Below, in pieces: positions 19,819-29,355 of a DNA stretch of 64,000 nucleotides. Each line of letters starts with the position of its first letter. Within the stretch, counting starts at the first letter, position 1. Location of the stretch: positions 5,848-69,847 of the forward strand of contig CAYVKY010000001.1 of NCBI GenBank assembly GCA_964452115.1, written 5' to 3'. A model generated the notes under the pieces. That model was not told where the DNA came from and did no database searches. It saw only the letters and a list, made by a program, of their open reading frames with translations. This stretch comes from an uncultured Ignavibacterium sp. (GTDB lineage: Bacteria; Bacteroidota; Ignavibacteria; Tepidaquicellales; Tepidaquicellaceae). Position numbers and translations under genes: made by a program.

Positions 19819-20440
19819 AACTCCTTCTAATATGTAAATCTTTAAAAGGGTTTGCAATGCCTATCATAATGCCGAATGAAAAATCAAAAATATTCGATTT
19901 TGATTTCGAAAAAATTTCCGTGTATCGTAATTTTACGTGAGGATAAATTAAAATTTTGTGATTTCTTATAGAATATCCGTATGCAGTCTGGAATGAAATT
20001 CCAATGTCGGAAAAATTTGTAAAATACGAAATTCCCGGAGATACGGCTGCGCTTGTCTGAATGTTGTTTGAAGGCTGCAGGTTAGATAACAGAAAATCTT
20101 TTGAAAAACCCGCCCGCAAAGCTCCCTTGTCAATGCTGCGGAATATCACGGAATATTCAAGTGTAATTCTGTTTTCACCAAAATAACCGAAACCTACTGA
20201 AACTTCCTTTGTTATCCCAAGTGCAATTTTATTGTTTTCATACAGTATGTCGGGATTTAAAAGGTATAGAAAAGCCGCAAGGCTGTATACAAATACTTTT
20301 GTGGGGTTACCTGCGGTTCTCCGGATAACTGTATCCTGCATTCCCACGGAATCGCGGATGCTATATGATTTAACATTTACCTGTCCGTATGAACTGACTG
20401 TTAAAAGAAGCAAAACAGTTAAAATCCGCAGTTTTTTCAT
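19811..20440 (-). CDS. Hypothetical small outer-membrane beta-barrel protein inside the purL-mla operon
   Basis: Signal peptide (MKKLRILTVLLLLTVSSYGQ) and alternating-strand pattern. ATGA overlap with the purL stop and 8-nt overlap with the mlaE start. Confidence 0.5.
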   Translation of the reverse strand: MKKLRILTVLLLLTVSSYGQVNVKSYSIRDSVGMQDTVIRRTAGNPTKVFVYSLAAFLYLLNPDILYENNKIALGITKEVSVGFGYFGENRITLEYSVIFRSIDKGALRAGFSKDFLLSNLQPSNNIQTSAAVSPGISYFTNFSDIGISFQTAYGYSIRNHKILIYPHVKLRYTEIFSKSKSNIFDFSFGIMIGIANPFKDLHIRRSYD

Positions 20441-22683
20441 TCCATAATCTCAGAAAGTGAATTATTATACAGAGTTTTTAATTTGAATATGTCCAGATTG
20501 ATTTCAGAATTTATCATTACGCATTTGCCCAGCACGTGGCCGATCTGCTCTGACTCTATCGAATGTTTTATGCAAAGCGACTTTATCTTTTCAGCATTAT
20601 TTTCATCTGATGATATTATTACTCGTGTCTGCGTTTCACCGAATAATTCAAAATCTTTTCTGTATTTGTATCCGAATGCGGTTTTGCATCCGAGGTCTTT
20701 TTCATTATTGAGTATGCAGCATTCCATAAGTGCAACAGCCAGTCCGCCTTCTGCGATATCGTGTGCTGATTTTATCAGTTTGCTTTCCGCGAGTTCAACA
20801 AGCAGATTCTGAAGTCTTAATTCTTCATCCAGGTTAAGTTCGGGAGCGTCGCCAAGCACTTTGTTTATCCTGTGCATCAGGTATTCGCTGCCGCCGATTT
20901 CATTGCTCCTCTTGCCGAGCAGAATTATTACATCGCCTTCATCTTTAAAGTGCGAAGTAACAACTTTCGAATCGTCTTCTATAAGTCCAAGCATTCCTAT
21001 AACCGGAGTAGGGAAGATTGCATACTTCTGAGACTGGTTATAAAAGCTCACATTTCCGCCTGTAACCGGTGTATCGAATTTTCTGCAGGCATCGCCAATA
21101 CCGCGTACTGCCTCAGTGAACTGATAATACACTTCGGGATTATACGGATTGCCGAAATTCAGGCAGTTCGTAATTGCAAGCGGTTTTGCGCCCGTACATG
21201 CAACATTTCTGGCGGATTCGGCAACTGCGATTGCGCCGCCTCTGTACGGATTCAGAAATGCATATCTTGAATTGCAGTCGGTTTTAAGTGCGATGCACTT
21301 ATTCGTTTTTTTGATTTTCAAAACCGATGCATCGCCGCCGGGCAGAACGACTGTGTTTGTTCTGACTTGCTGGTCATATTGTCTGTACACCCAATTTTTG
21401 CTTGTGATATTCGGTGATGAAAGAAGTTCGATTGCAACCGGATTATATACCACCGGCTCATCAAGCTCAAACGGATTGAAATTAAGCGTTTTTTCCAAAT
21501 AATCCGGACGCTTGATTTCCCTTGTGTAAACCGGCGCTCCGCCTCCGAGTACAAGCACATCTGCCGGAACATCAGCGGCAATTTCGCCATTATGATAAAG
21601 AATAATTCTGTCTTCGTCAATCACTTCACCGATTTCAACGCAATTTAAATCCCACTTTTTGAAAATATCTTTTACAATATTTTCTTTTCCTTTCTCTGCA
21701 ACCAAAAGCATTCTCTCCTGCGATTCGGATAACATAATTTCATACGGGGACATATTTTTATCTCTGAGAGGAATCAGGTCAAGATTCAGTTTCATACCGC
21801 ATTTTCCTTTTGCGCTCATTTCACTTGAAGAGCAGGTAATCCCGGCTGCTCCCATATCCTGAATTCCGACAACTGCACCCGAGCGGATAACTTCGAGTGA
21901 TGCTTCAAGCAATAGCTTTTCAGTGAACGGGTCTCCAACCTGAACGTTCGGTCTTTTTGATTCAGATTTTTCGGAAATTTCTTCTGACGCAAAAGTTGCG
22001 CCGTGTATGCCGTCCCGCCCCGTAGATGAACCTACAATAAATACAGGATTGCCTGCGCCTTTAGCGGTAGCCGATGCGGTTTCTCCTTTTTTTACAATGC
22101 CCACTGCCATTGCATTTACGAGCGGATTATCCTGATAACACTTGTCAAAATAAACTTCACCGCTTATAGTCGGCACACCGAAACAGTTGCCGTAATGTCC
22201 GATGCCTTCCACAACTCCCTTTACAAGATATTTTGTTCGGGGAATTTTTTCTGCATCGTCAGGAGAGGACGATTTTATTACACCGAATCTTAATGAATCC
22301 AGAGATGCAATAGGTCTTGCACCCATAGTAAAAATATCCCTGAGGATTCCGCCGACGCCAGTTGCCGCGCCCTGAAAAGGTTCCACAGCCGACGGGTGAT
22401 TATGGGATTCGATTTTAAATGCGATTGCATAGTCTCCGCCGATATCAACCAATCCGGCGTTTTCTTCGCCTGCCGAAACCAGCAGCCTGCCGCCGCTTCT
22501 TGGCATAGTCTTAATCAGTCTGATGGAATTTTTGTAAGAGCAATGTTCGCTCCACATCACGGAAAATATTCCGAGTTCAGTGTAGTTCGGTACTCTGCCT
22601 AACACTTCAAGAATTCTCCGGTACTCTTCTTCATTTAACCCTAATTCTTTTGCTAAATCTATATCAACAACTTTATCGTCCAT
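20437..22683 (-). CDS. purL: Phosphoribosylformylglycinamidine synthase subunit PurL
   Basis: 748 aa small-PurL type. Motifs SEHCSYK, IESHNHPSAVEPFQGAATGVGG and DMGAAG. Confidence 0.95.
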   Translation of the reverse strand: MDDKVVDIDLAKELGLNEEEYRRILEVLGRVPNYTELGIFSVMWSEHCSYKNSIRLIKTMPRSGGRLLVSAGEENAGLVDIGGDYAIAFKIESHNHPSAVEPFQGAATGVGGILRDIFTMGARPIASLDSLRFGVIKSSSPDDAEKIPRTKYLVKGVVEGIGHYGNCFGVPTISGEVYFDKCYQDNPLVNAMAVGIVKKGETASATAKGAGNPVFIVGSSTGRDGIHGATFASEEISEKSESKRPNVQVGDPFTEKLLLEASLEVIRSGAVVGIQDMGAAGITCSSSEMSAKGKCGMKLNLDLIPLRDKNMSPYEIMLSESQERMLLVAEKGKENIVKDIFKKWDLNCVEIGEVIDEDRIILYHNGEIAADVPADVLVLGGGAPVYTREIKRPDYLEKTLNFNPFELDEPVVYNPVAIELLSSPNITSKNWVYRQYDQQVRTNTVVLPGGDASVLKIKKTNKCIALKTDCNSRYAFLNPYRGGAIAVAESARNVACTGAKPLAITNCLNFGNPYNPEVYYQFTEAVRGIGDACRKFDTPVTGGNVSFYNQSQKYAIFPTPVIGMLGLIEDDSKVVTSHFKDEGDVIILLGKRSNEIGGSEYLMHRINKVLGDAPELNLDEELRLQNLLVELAESKLIKSAHDIAEGGLAVALMECCILNNEKDLGCKTAFGYKYRKDFELFGETQTRVIISSDENNAEKIKSLCIKHSIESEQIGHVLGKCVMINSEINLDIFKLKTLYNNSLSEIME

Positions 22684-22750
22684 TTTTCTGAAGTTTATTT
22701 CGTGTAAGAGATAAATTAAATAAATTTACTCACGTTAAAAAGTCAAAGTG

Positions 22751-22791
22751 AAAATAAAAAAATGCCATTTTAATAAAAATAAAATGGCATT
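22751..22791 (-). terminator. Rho-independent terminator of metK
   Basis: An 11-bp perfect stem (AATGCCATTTT 22761-22771 / AAAATGGCATT 22781-22791) is followed on the minus strand by a U-tract (plus-strand A-run 22751-22760). Confidence 0.8.
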
Positions 22792-22820
22792 TAAAAAATA
22801 AATTATTCTGATTTCAGAAA

Positions 22821-23966
22821 CTATTTTACTGCGTTTCTGAATATATCTGTCATATCTGTTTTTTCCCAGGTAAAGTCTTTGTCTTTCCTTCCGAAATGTC
22901 CGTATGAAGCAGTCTTCTGATAAATCGGTCTGAGCAGGTCAAGACGTTTTATTATACCTTTAGGAGTAAGGTCTATTTCTTTTCTAATTATTTTTGCAAT
23001 TTCTAAATCAGGAATAATTCCCGTTCCGTTCGTATCAACAAAAATCGAAACCGGCTGCGGAACGCCGATTGCATACGAAAGCTGAATCAGACATTCCGAA
23101 GCAATTTTTGATGCAACGATATTTTTGGCAACGTGACGCGCTGCGTATGCTGCGCTTCTGTCAACCTTTGAAGGGTCTTTTCCTGAAAATGCACCGCCTC
23201 CGTGAGGGGCTCTTCCGCCGTAAGTATCAACTATAATTTTTCTTCCGGTTAAGCCGGTGTCTCCATGCGGTCCGCCGATTTCAAATCTGCCTGTCGGATT
23301 TACATAAATTTTTAATTTCTTATCAATGAGATATTCAGGAATTATTTTATTAATAACATACTTTATCACATCATATTTAATCTGCTTCTGAGATACGTCG
23401 CCGTCGTGCTGTGTAGAAATTACAATCGTGTCAACTCTTACCGGCTTATTGTTATCATCATATTCAATTGTTACCTGCGATTTCGAATCGGGTCTTAGGT
23501 AAGGCATAATCGTTCTGTCTTTCTTTCTTATATCGGCAAGCTTTTTTACGAGTTTGTGTGCATACATCAATGTCATAGGCATCAGTTCGGGAGTTTCATC
23601 AACGGCATATCCGAACATCATACCCTGATCTCCTGCGCCGCCTTTATCTACACCCATCGAAATATCGGGGGACTGAGAATTAATTGCTGACAGTACATTG
23701 ATTGACTTTGCGTCAAAATGATATTCACCTTTGGTATATCCAATCTGAGCAACAACCCTGCGGACGATTTCAGGTACGTTCACGTAGGATTTTGTTGTGA
23801 TTTCACCGCCTACAAGCACCAATCCGGTTGCGCAAAAAGTTTCGCAGGCAACCCTTGCATTTTTATCTTCTGTTAATATGCTGTCCAAAACAGCATCAGA
23901 TATCTGGTCACATACTTTATCCGGATGTCCTTCGCTTACAGATTCCGACGTGAAAAAATATGCCAT
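22821..23966 (-). CDS. metK: S-adenosylmethionine synthase
   Basis: [41 protein letters not shown], 381 aa. Confidence 0.97.
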   Translation of the reverse strand: MAYFFTSESVSEGHPDKVCDQISDAVLDSILTEDKNARVACETFCATGLVLVGGEITTKSYVNVPEIVRRVVAQIGYTKGEYHFDAKSINVLSAINSQSPDISMGVDKGGAGDQGMMFGYAVDETPELMPMTLMYAHKLVKKLADIRKKDRTIMPYLRPDSKSQVTIEYDDNNKPVRVDTIVISTQHDGDVSQKQIKYDVIKYVINKIIPEYLIDKKLKIYVNPTGRFEIGGPHGDTGLTGRKIIVDTYGGRAPHGGGAFSGKDPSKVDRSAAYAARHVAKNIVASKIASECLIQLSYAIGVPQPVSIFVDTNGTGIIPDLEIAKIIRKEIDLTPKGIIKRLDLLRPIYQKTASYGHFGRKDKDFTWEKTDMTDIFRNAVK

Positions 23967-24026
23967 GAAAATTTCCTTTCAATTATTTATAAAATATTAA
24001 CAAATATAACATAATTCTGAAAAATA

Positions 24027-26015
24027 TTAAATATAAAGATTTGTCTGAATTGACATAAGTAAAATTTCAGCAATGTCTTTTATCTTCACTTCATCTGATT
24101 TTTCTTTTGCTTTTATTCCATCCGAAAGCATTGTCATACAGAAGGGGCAGGCAGTTGCGACTGTCGAAGCGCCTGTGCCAATAGCTTCTTCCGTCCTTTC
24201 AATGTTTACGCGTTTGCCTTCGGTTTCTTCCATAAACATTCGTCCGCCGCCCGCTCCGCAGCAAAAACCTTTTGACTCTGAGCGGGACATTTCAATCAGT
24301 TCAGCACCTTCCACCGCCCTGACAATCTCTCTCGGAGAATTATAAATTGAGTTATATCTGCCTAGATAGCAGGAGTCGTGATATGTGATTTTTTCATTCA
24401 AAGGTTTAACGGTTCTTATTTTACCGTCTTTCAGAAGTGAAGCTATATATTCGGAATGGTGATGAACTTCGAGTTCAAGTCCGGATTTTTTGTATTCATT
24501 CTTCAAAGAATGAAGGCAATGAGGACAGGTGACAACAACTTTTTTCACATTATATTTCCTGAATGTTTCTATGTTCGACGTGATGAACTGCTGCGCAAGG
24601 AATTCATTACCGAGTCTTCTGGCAGTATCTCCGTTGCATTTTTCTTCGCGTCCGAGCACACCGAATTTAATTTTTGCTTCAGACATTATTTTTGCAAATG
24701 ACTTGGTAACATTTCTGTATCGTTTGTCAAATGCTCCTGCGCATCCGACCCAGAAAAGTACGTCAACATTATCTGCATTTCCGGCTTCTGACATTTTGAC
24801 CAGAGTGTTCTCTGGATATTCATTTAAAAATTCTTCAATCCATTCTTCCCTAGATTCACTGCCGAAAGCCCACGGCGATTCATTGTTTTCCAGATTGCGG
24901 AATACTGTGTTCAGTTCCTGAGGAAAATCTGATTCCATCATTGCCAGATTTCTGCGCATATCAACAATTGATGTAACGTGGTCAATCATTACAGGGCATT
25001 CCTCGACGCAGGCTGCACAAGTGGTGCAAGCCCATAATTCCTGCGGGGAGATATAACCCGCAACGAGAGTTTTATCATCAACGGCTTCTTTATCATGAGC
25101 GCGTTTTCTTATCTGAGTAACAATCAGTTTCGGGTTCAGAAGTTTGCCTGTGCTGTTTGCAGGACACGCTTCAGTGCATCTGCCGCACTCCGTGCAGGTA
25201 AATCCGTCCAATATCTGCTTCCATGATAAATCCTGTACGTCTCTTGCACCATACTGAGTGATGCTCTCATCTTCAAAATTCATCGGCTTCAATATATTCT
25301 TGTCGTCTATGTTGATATTCGAAAGATAAACATTCGGCAGGGAAGTGAGTACGTGGAGATGTTTTGAATACGGAAGATAATTAAGGAAAAATAAAATTAT
25401 TATATTATGAGCCCATAAAAATACCTGCATCAGTTCAAATGAACTGCCTGAAAATAACCCTGAAATAGATTTTGAAACCGGTCTGAATCCTGTTGATTCC
25501 CCGAGCAGAATTTTTTCAATATTAGAACCGAACATCGTTAACATAATCATTATAATCAGAAAAAGTATAAATGCAGCGTCAAGTCTTGAATGGAGGTCAA
25601 CTTTCTTTAACCTTTCAGGTGTGCCGATAAACCTTCTGACAAGTGATATTGATGCGGCAACAAGTACCAGTCCGCCGAATAAATCTTCCGTGCCTGTTAT
25701 GATATTATAAAAAAATCCGGTGAAAGCAAAAGTGAATTCCGGAAAAAATATCTGCATAAATCCTTCAATCACCATCAAAAGAAGAACGAGAAATCCCCAG
25801 AATATGCAAACGTGCAGAATGCCTGCAAACTTTTTTCTGAAAAGTTTTGCATTAAGAATGCCATAGATAAAAAGATTTTTTAAACGAGCAGGAATATTAC
25901 CGGAACGGGATTCGGGTTTTCCAACCTTAATCATTTTGATTAATCTGCCGAGTGAATAAACAAATAATCCCAGCGATAAAATAAGAATAACAGCAAATAT
26001 TAATTTCGTTGCCAT
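24027..26015 (-). CDS. Membrane-bound (Fe-S)-binding oxidoreductase with two 4Fe-4S motifs and CCG cysteine-rich domains (HdrD/GlpC/DsrK-like)
   Basis: About 5-6 N-terminal TM helices. Ferredoxin motifs CTECGRCTEACP and CTTCAACVEECP. C-terminal CCG-type clusters (VGCAG, CPHC, HDSCYLGRY, FCCGAGGG, CPFC). Confidence 0.75.
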   Translation of the reverse strand: MATKLIFAVILILSLGLFVYSLGRLIKMIKVGKPESRSGNIPARLKNLFIYGILNAKLFRKKFAGILHVCIFWGFLVLLLMVIEGFMQIFFPEFTFAFTGFFYNIITGTEDLFGGLVLVAASISLVRRFIGTPERLKKVDLHSRLDAAFILFLIIMIMLTMFGSNIEKILLGESTGFRPVSKSISGLFSGSSFELMQVFLWAHNIIILFFLNYLPYSKHLHVLTSLPNVYLSNINIDDKNILKPMNFEDESITQYGARDVQDLSWKQILDGFTCTECGRCTEACPANSTGKLLNPKLIVTQIRKRAHDKEAVDDKTLVAGYISPQELWACTTCAACVEECPVMIDHVTSIVDMRRNLAMMESDFPQELNTVFRNLENNESPWAFGSESREEWIEEFLNEYPENTLVKMSEAGNADNVDVLFWVGCAGAFDKRYRNVTKSFAKIMSEAKIKFGVLGREEKCNGDTARRLGNEFLAQQFITSNIETFRKYNVKKVVVTCPHCLHSLKNEYKKSGLELEVHHHSEYIASLLKDGKIRTVKPLNEKITYHDSCYLGRYNSIYNSPREIVRAVEGAELIEMSRSESKGFCCGAGGGRMFMEETEGKRVNIERTEEAIGTGASTVATACPFCMTMLSDGIKAKEKSDEVKIKDIAEILLMSIQTNLYI

Positions 26016-26079
26016 AGATATTTTTTAGGTGATAATAAATTGTAAGATATTTTAAATCGGGATATGTTTCAAGTGATAA

Positions 26080-29000
26080 TTAAAGAAAACCGTTATTTTT
26101 TCTGATGTCATCTAAAACTTCTTTGTAGAAGGGACTCTTTTCAAGTATGCGGTCGTTTCCGAGAATTATCAGATTGTGTTTTGCACGTGAAAGTGCAACG
26201 TTGAGTTTCCTGTCGGTGCTTTTATCATAAGTCAGTGACTGAAAATTTTTCAGCTGGTGAACATTATAAACGCATAAAGAAAAAAATATAATATCCTTTT
26301 CCGAACCCTGAAATCTTTCAATTGTGTCAATCTGAATTTTATCAAAAAAAGATAACCTGTTCAGGGTTTTATTCAGCCTGTTGATTTGTTTGCGCCATGG
26401 TGTTACAATTCCGATTGAATCATTGCTGATTTCAATTCCTGATTTTTCAAATTCTTTCAGAATGTTTAAAATGTGTTCTGCTTCTTCGCTGCCGGCACCT
26501 TCATCCGACAACTGTTTTGTCGGTATGAAAATCGTACGGCTCTTAGATAATATCCTGCCGATATCCGAATGCAATGAAGCAAAAACATTCTCCGCGCAAG
26601 TCTGAGATGAAAGCGCGGGTTTTAACTTATTATTATAGTTATGATTTACCAGCTCGGCAATCTCATTGTGCATCCTGAAATGATATTCGAGTGTGCCGTA
26701 ACTCTCAGTCCATTTATTTTTTTTACAGATTTCAAACAGCCTTTCAAAAAGCGAAACTCTCAAATCATAAATTCCTATTTTGTTTAAATCCTCATCTTCC
26801 ACGATGCAGAATTTTTCGCTCTGAGAAACTACTGCGGGCAACTGTTTGTGGTCGCCGATAAGAATAAATCTTTCAGCATCGGAGAGAATTCCAATCAGCA
26901 TCGGCTCCGTAAGCTGGCTCGCTTCATCAATGATAACGGTTCTGATTTTTTTGATTCCCGAAATTTCTTTTCTTTTATTTATGAAAGAGTGAACCGTTGA
27001 GAGTATAATTCTGTTCGATGAAATTCTGTTTCTGATTTCTTCAAAATTATTTTCCTCTACAATTTTATTCAGCAGATATTCACTGCCGCTTCCGTCATCG
27101 CCAAGTCTGATAAAACCGATATTGTTTTTTATAAGATTCTGAGCAATTTCATTCACAGCCCTGTTTGTAAAAGATAAAATTGCGATATCGCCAAAGCGCT
27201 TTTCATCGTCAAGCATTGAGGAAGTGATATTCATAAGTATCTTTGATGTCTTGCCTGTGCCCGGCGGTCCCTGAAGTATATAGTAATCGTCTGCCGATAG
27301 AGCCTGCTTTACAATCAGATTTTGATTTTCATTTAAATTATCCGAATGGTAAGGGTAATCCGTAACAGCAGGCTTTTTCATTCCGAAGAGCAATTTATAT
27401 CTATTCCCCGATAGGAATTCAAAAATTGACTGAAGCTGATAGTTATATCCAGCTTCCATGATATCGTGCTCAAGAACCCATCCTTCATTTGCGGCTAATT
27501 TATCCGTATTAATCTGCTTGTTCCGGAGCGAAATTACTATCGTTTTATTTGTGCAGGATTCGATTGTACATTTGAAAAGTTCGTTTTTAATGGGCGAAAT
27601 ATTTCCTCCGTTTTCCGGATATAAAATTCCGATATCGCCTTCACGGAAATTATGTACATTATTTCCCGAACGGATGATGAATTCGAATAAACCGGTTTCC
27701 TTATCAAATGATTTCAGTTCAAGACCCGTTAATAAACCCGAGTTATTTTCCTTTTGCGGAAGGGGAGTTTTCCAAAGCCCGCTGAATCCGTATTCGGGAA
27801 AATCGTTGTAGGAATCAGCACCTGTTTTCAGGGTTTTAATTTCCTTAAAAATAAATTTTGTGAAATAGCGGAAATATTTTTTCACAACTTCATTTGCAGC
27901 ATCATACGCTCTGAAAAAATCTTTGAAGACAACGCTCGAAAAGTCAGGAAATTTCCGTACATCGGTATTTCTTAAATTTTCAAATTCCGAAAAATCACCT
28001 TCGCTTAAAAGATGTTCCATATAAACGAGCTGATTGCGGATAAGCAGAAAATCCTGATTCACATACGAATTGTTGCTGCAGTTTCTCAGACAGTTATCAT
28101 CTGCAGCGGAATACATAATCGCGCTCGTACCTTTTCTGCCGCTGCCATAAACGCTGGCAAGCAGAAGATTGTATCCAACAACCTGCATTCTGTGATTAAT
28201 CCATAAGTCGTGATTCGGGGGACTTCCGCTTTTTAGTTCGAGAATATTAATTTCGTTTTTTTCTTTGTTTTTAAACAGCACATCAAGCCTTCCCTGAATT
28301 CCGAAATAAGGCGAAATAAAAAATGGTTCAATATAATAATCATACTTTTTCAGGTATGAGGTAATATACTGAAGATTTTTCAATTGAGAATTAACCTTTT
28401 GATTGATTCCCGCCAAATCGCCGTCTGACAACTGCAGCGCAGTCCAGATATAATCTTTCAGAACCCGGTTCGTAATATCTGCGGCGGCTTTATCATTATC
28501 CGTCAGATTGTTATCCAGAATTTCATTAACAATTTTGCCCGCCAAAATTGCAGGCGCCGGAATCTGCGTCATAAATTTTCTCAGAATCCCGAGTCCCGCA
28601 CATTTTGTCGAATTAGAAAAACATTCCGCTATGGCTGTCACGTCAATAAGGTAATCGCCGTTCACAATTATTAATGTATCAGGCGCCGTGGTATAAAGAT
28701 TTTCTTTGTCCGGAATTTTATGAATGCTGAAAATATCAAGACTGCAAAACTTATACATAGTCTTTACATTTTCGGAAAGCGGCTCATAAATATTGATGTT
28801 CAGTTTATTGTCGGTGTTATCTGAATCCTGACAGTATATCGTGTAATACTTTTTATTTGTTGAAGAAAATTTAACCTTGCTGATAGACAGCACAACAACG
28901 CTGAGATATCCTATATGTAATTTTTCTTTTTTCGGCTTCTCGGCGAGTTTGATGTTTTTTACTTCATCGGCAAGCATTTTGAATTCAGGAATAATTTCAA

Positions 29001-29355
29001 CTCCCGAAAATTCATAAACCGCTTCGCATAAAGTTACAAATGATTTTTTTAATTTAAGGTCTTTATCTTTTTCATCACCGGCTTGTCCGTGAATAAGTTT
29101 ATTCGCAAAAAGCCTGAGTCCGTTTATATCCCTCTGAAGTGAATCGTCTATGTCGTATTTTTCTTTAATAAAGCAAATCCGCTGGAAAATGTTTCCGAAT
29201 GATTGAGGTTCGGCAGAGGTGATATCGATATAAATGCTTTCCAGTATGATGCGAAGATGCATTATTTTTTCATCAAACACCAAATCCAGATTGTACAACT
29301 CCTGCAGGTCTGTGTAAAATTTACCGGCTTTGTCTTTATCCAATAGATTAATCAT
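26080..29355 (-). CDS. Dna2-like nuclease-helicase: N-terminal helical domain, PD-(D/E)xK (Cas4/RecB-type) nuclease, beta-barrel, SF1B (Dna2/Upf1-like) helicase
   Basis: Nuclease core IEPFFISPYFGIQGRLDVLF...ILELKSG...HRMQVVGYNLL (D, ExK, QxxxY). Helicase Walker A QGPPGTGKT, Walker B IIDEASQ, then GDHKQLP, HFRMHNEI, TIERFQGSEKD and LNVALSRAK. Confidence 0.75.
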   Translation of the reverse strand: MINLLDKDKAGKFYTDLQELYNLDLVFDEKIMHLRIILESIYIDITSAEPQSFGNIFQRICFIKEKYDIDDSLQRDINGLRLFANKLIHGQAGDEKDKDLKLKKSFVTLCEAVYEFSGVEIIPEFKMLADEVKNIKLAEKPKKEKLHIGYLSVVVLSISKVKFSSTNKKYYTIYCQDSDNTDNKLNINIYEPLSENVKTMYKFCSLDIFSIHKIPDKENLYTTAPDTLIIVNGDYLIDVTAIAECFSNSTKCAGLGILRKFMTQIPAPAILAGKIVNEILDNNLTDNDKAAADITNRVLKDYIWTALQLSDGDLAGINQKVNSQLKNLQYITSYLKKYDYYIEPFFISPYFGIQGRLDVLFKNKEKNEINILELKSGSPPNHDLWINHRMQVVGYNLLLASVYGSGRKGTSAIMYSAADDNCLRNCSNNSYVNQDFLLIRNQLVYMEHLLSEGDFSEFENLRNTDVRKFPDFSSVVFKDFFRAYDAANEVVKKYFRYFTKFIFKEIKTLKTGADSYNDFPEYGFSGLWKTPLPQKENNSGLLTGLELKSFDKETGLFEFIIRSGNNVHNFREGDIGILYPENGGNISPIKNELFKCTIESCTNKTIVISLRNKQINTDKLAANEGWVLEHDIMEAGYNYQLQSIFEFLSGNRYKLLFGMKKPAVTDYPYHSDNLNENQNLIVKQALSADDYYILQGPPGTGKTSKILMNITSSMLDDEKRFGDIAILSFTNRAVNEIAQNLIKNNIGFIRLGDDGSGSEYLLNKIVEENNFEEIRNRISSNRIILSTVHSFINKRKEISGIKKIRTVIIDEASQLTEPMLIGILSDAERFILIGDHKQLPAVVSQSEKFCIVEDEDLNKIGIYDLRVSLFERLFEICKKNKWTESYGTLEYHFRMHNEIAELVNHNYNNKLKPALSSQTCAENVFASLHSDIGRILSKSRTIFIPTKQLSDEGAGSEEAEHILNILKEFEKSGIEISNDSIGIVTPWRKQINRLNKTLNRLSFFDKIQIDTIERFQGSEKDIIFFSLCVYNVHQLKNFQSLTYDKSTDRKLNVALSRAKHNLIILGNDRILEKSPFYKEVLDDIRKNNGFL

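Noticed and set aside
23967-24026. A possible SAM riboswitch in the metK leader.
   Set aside because: Only 60 nt of AT-rich sequence separate metK from the upstream stop codon. I saw no conserved SAM-I or SAM-II helices, and the gap is too short for the aptamer.
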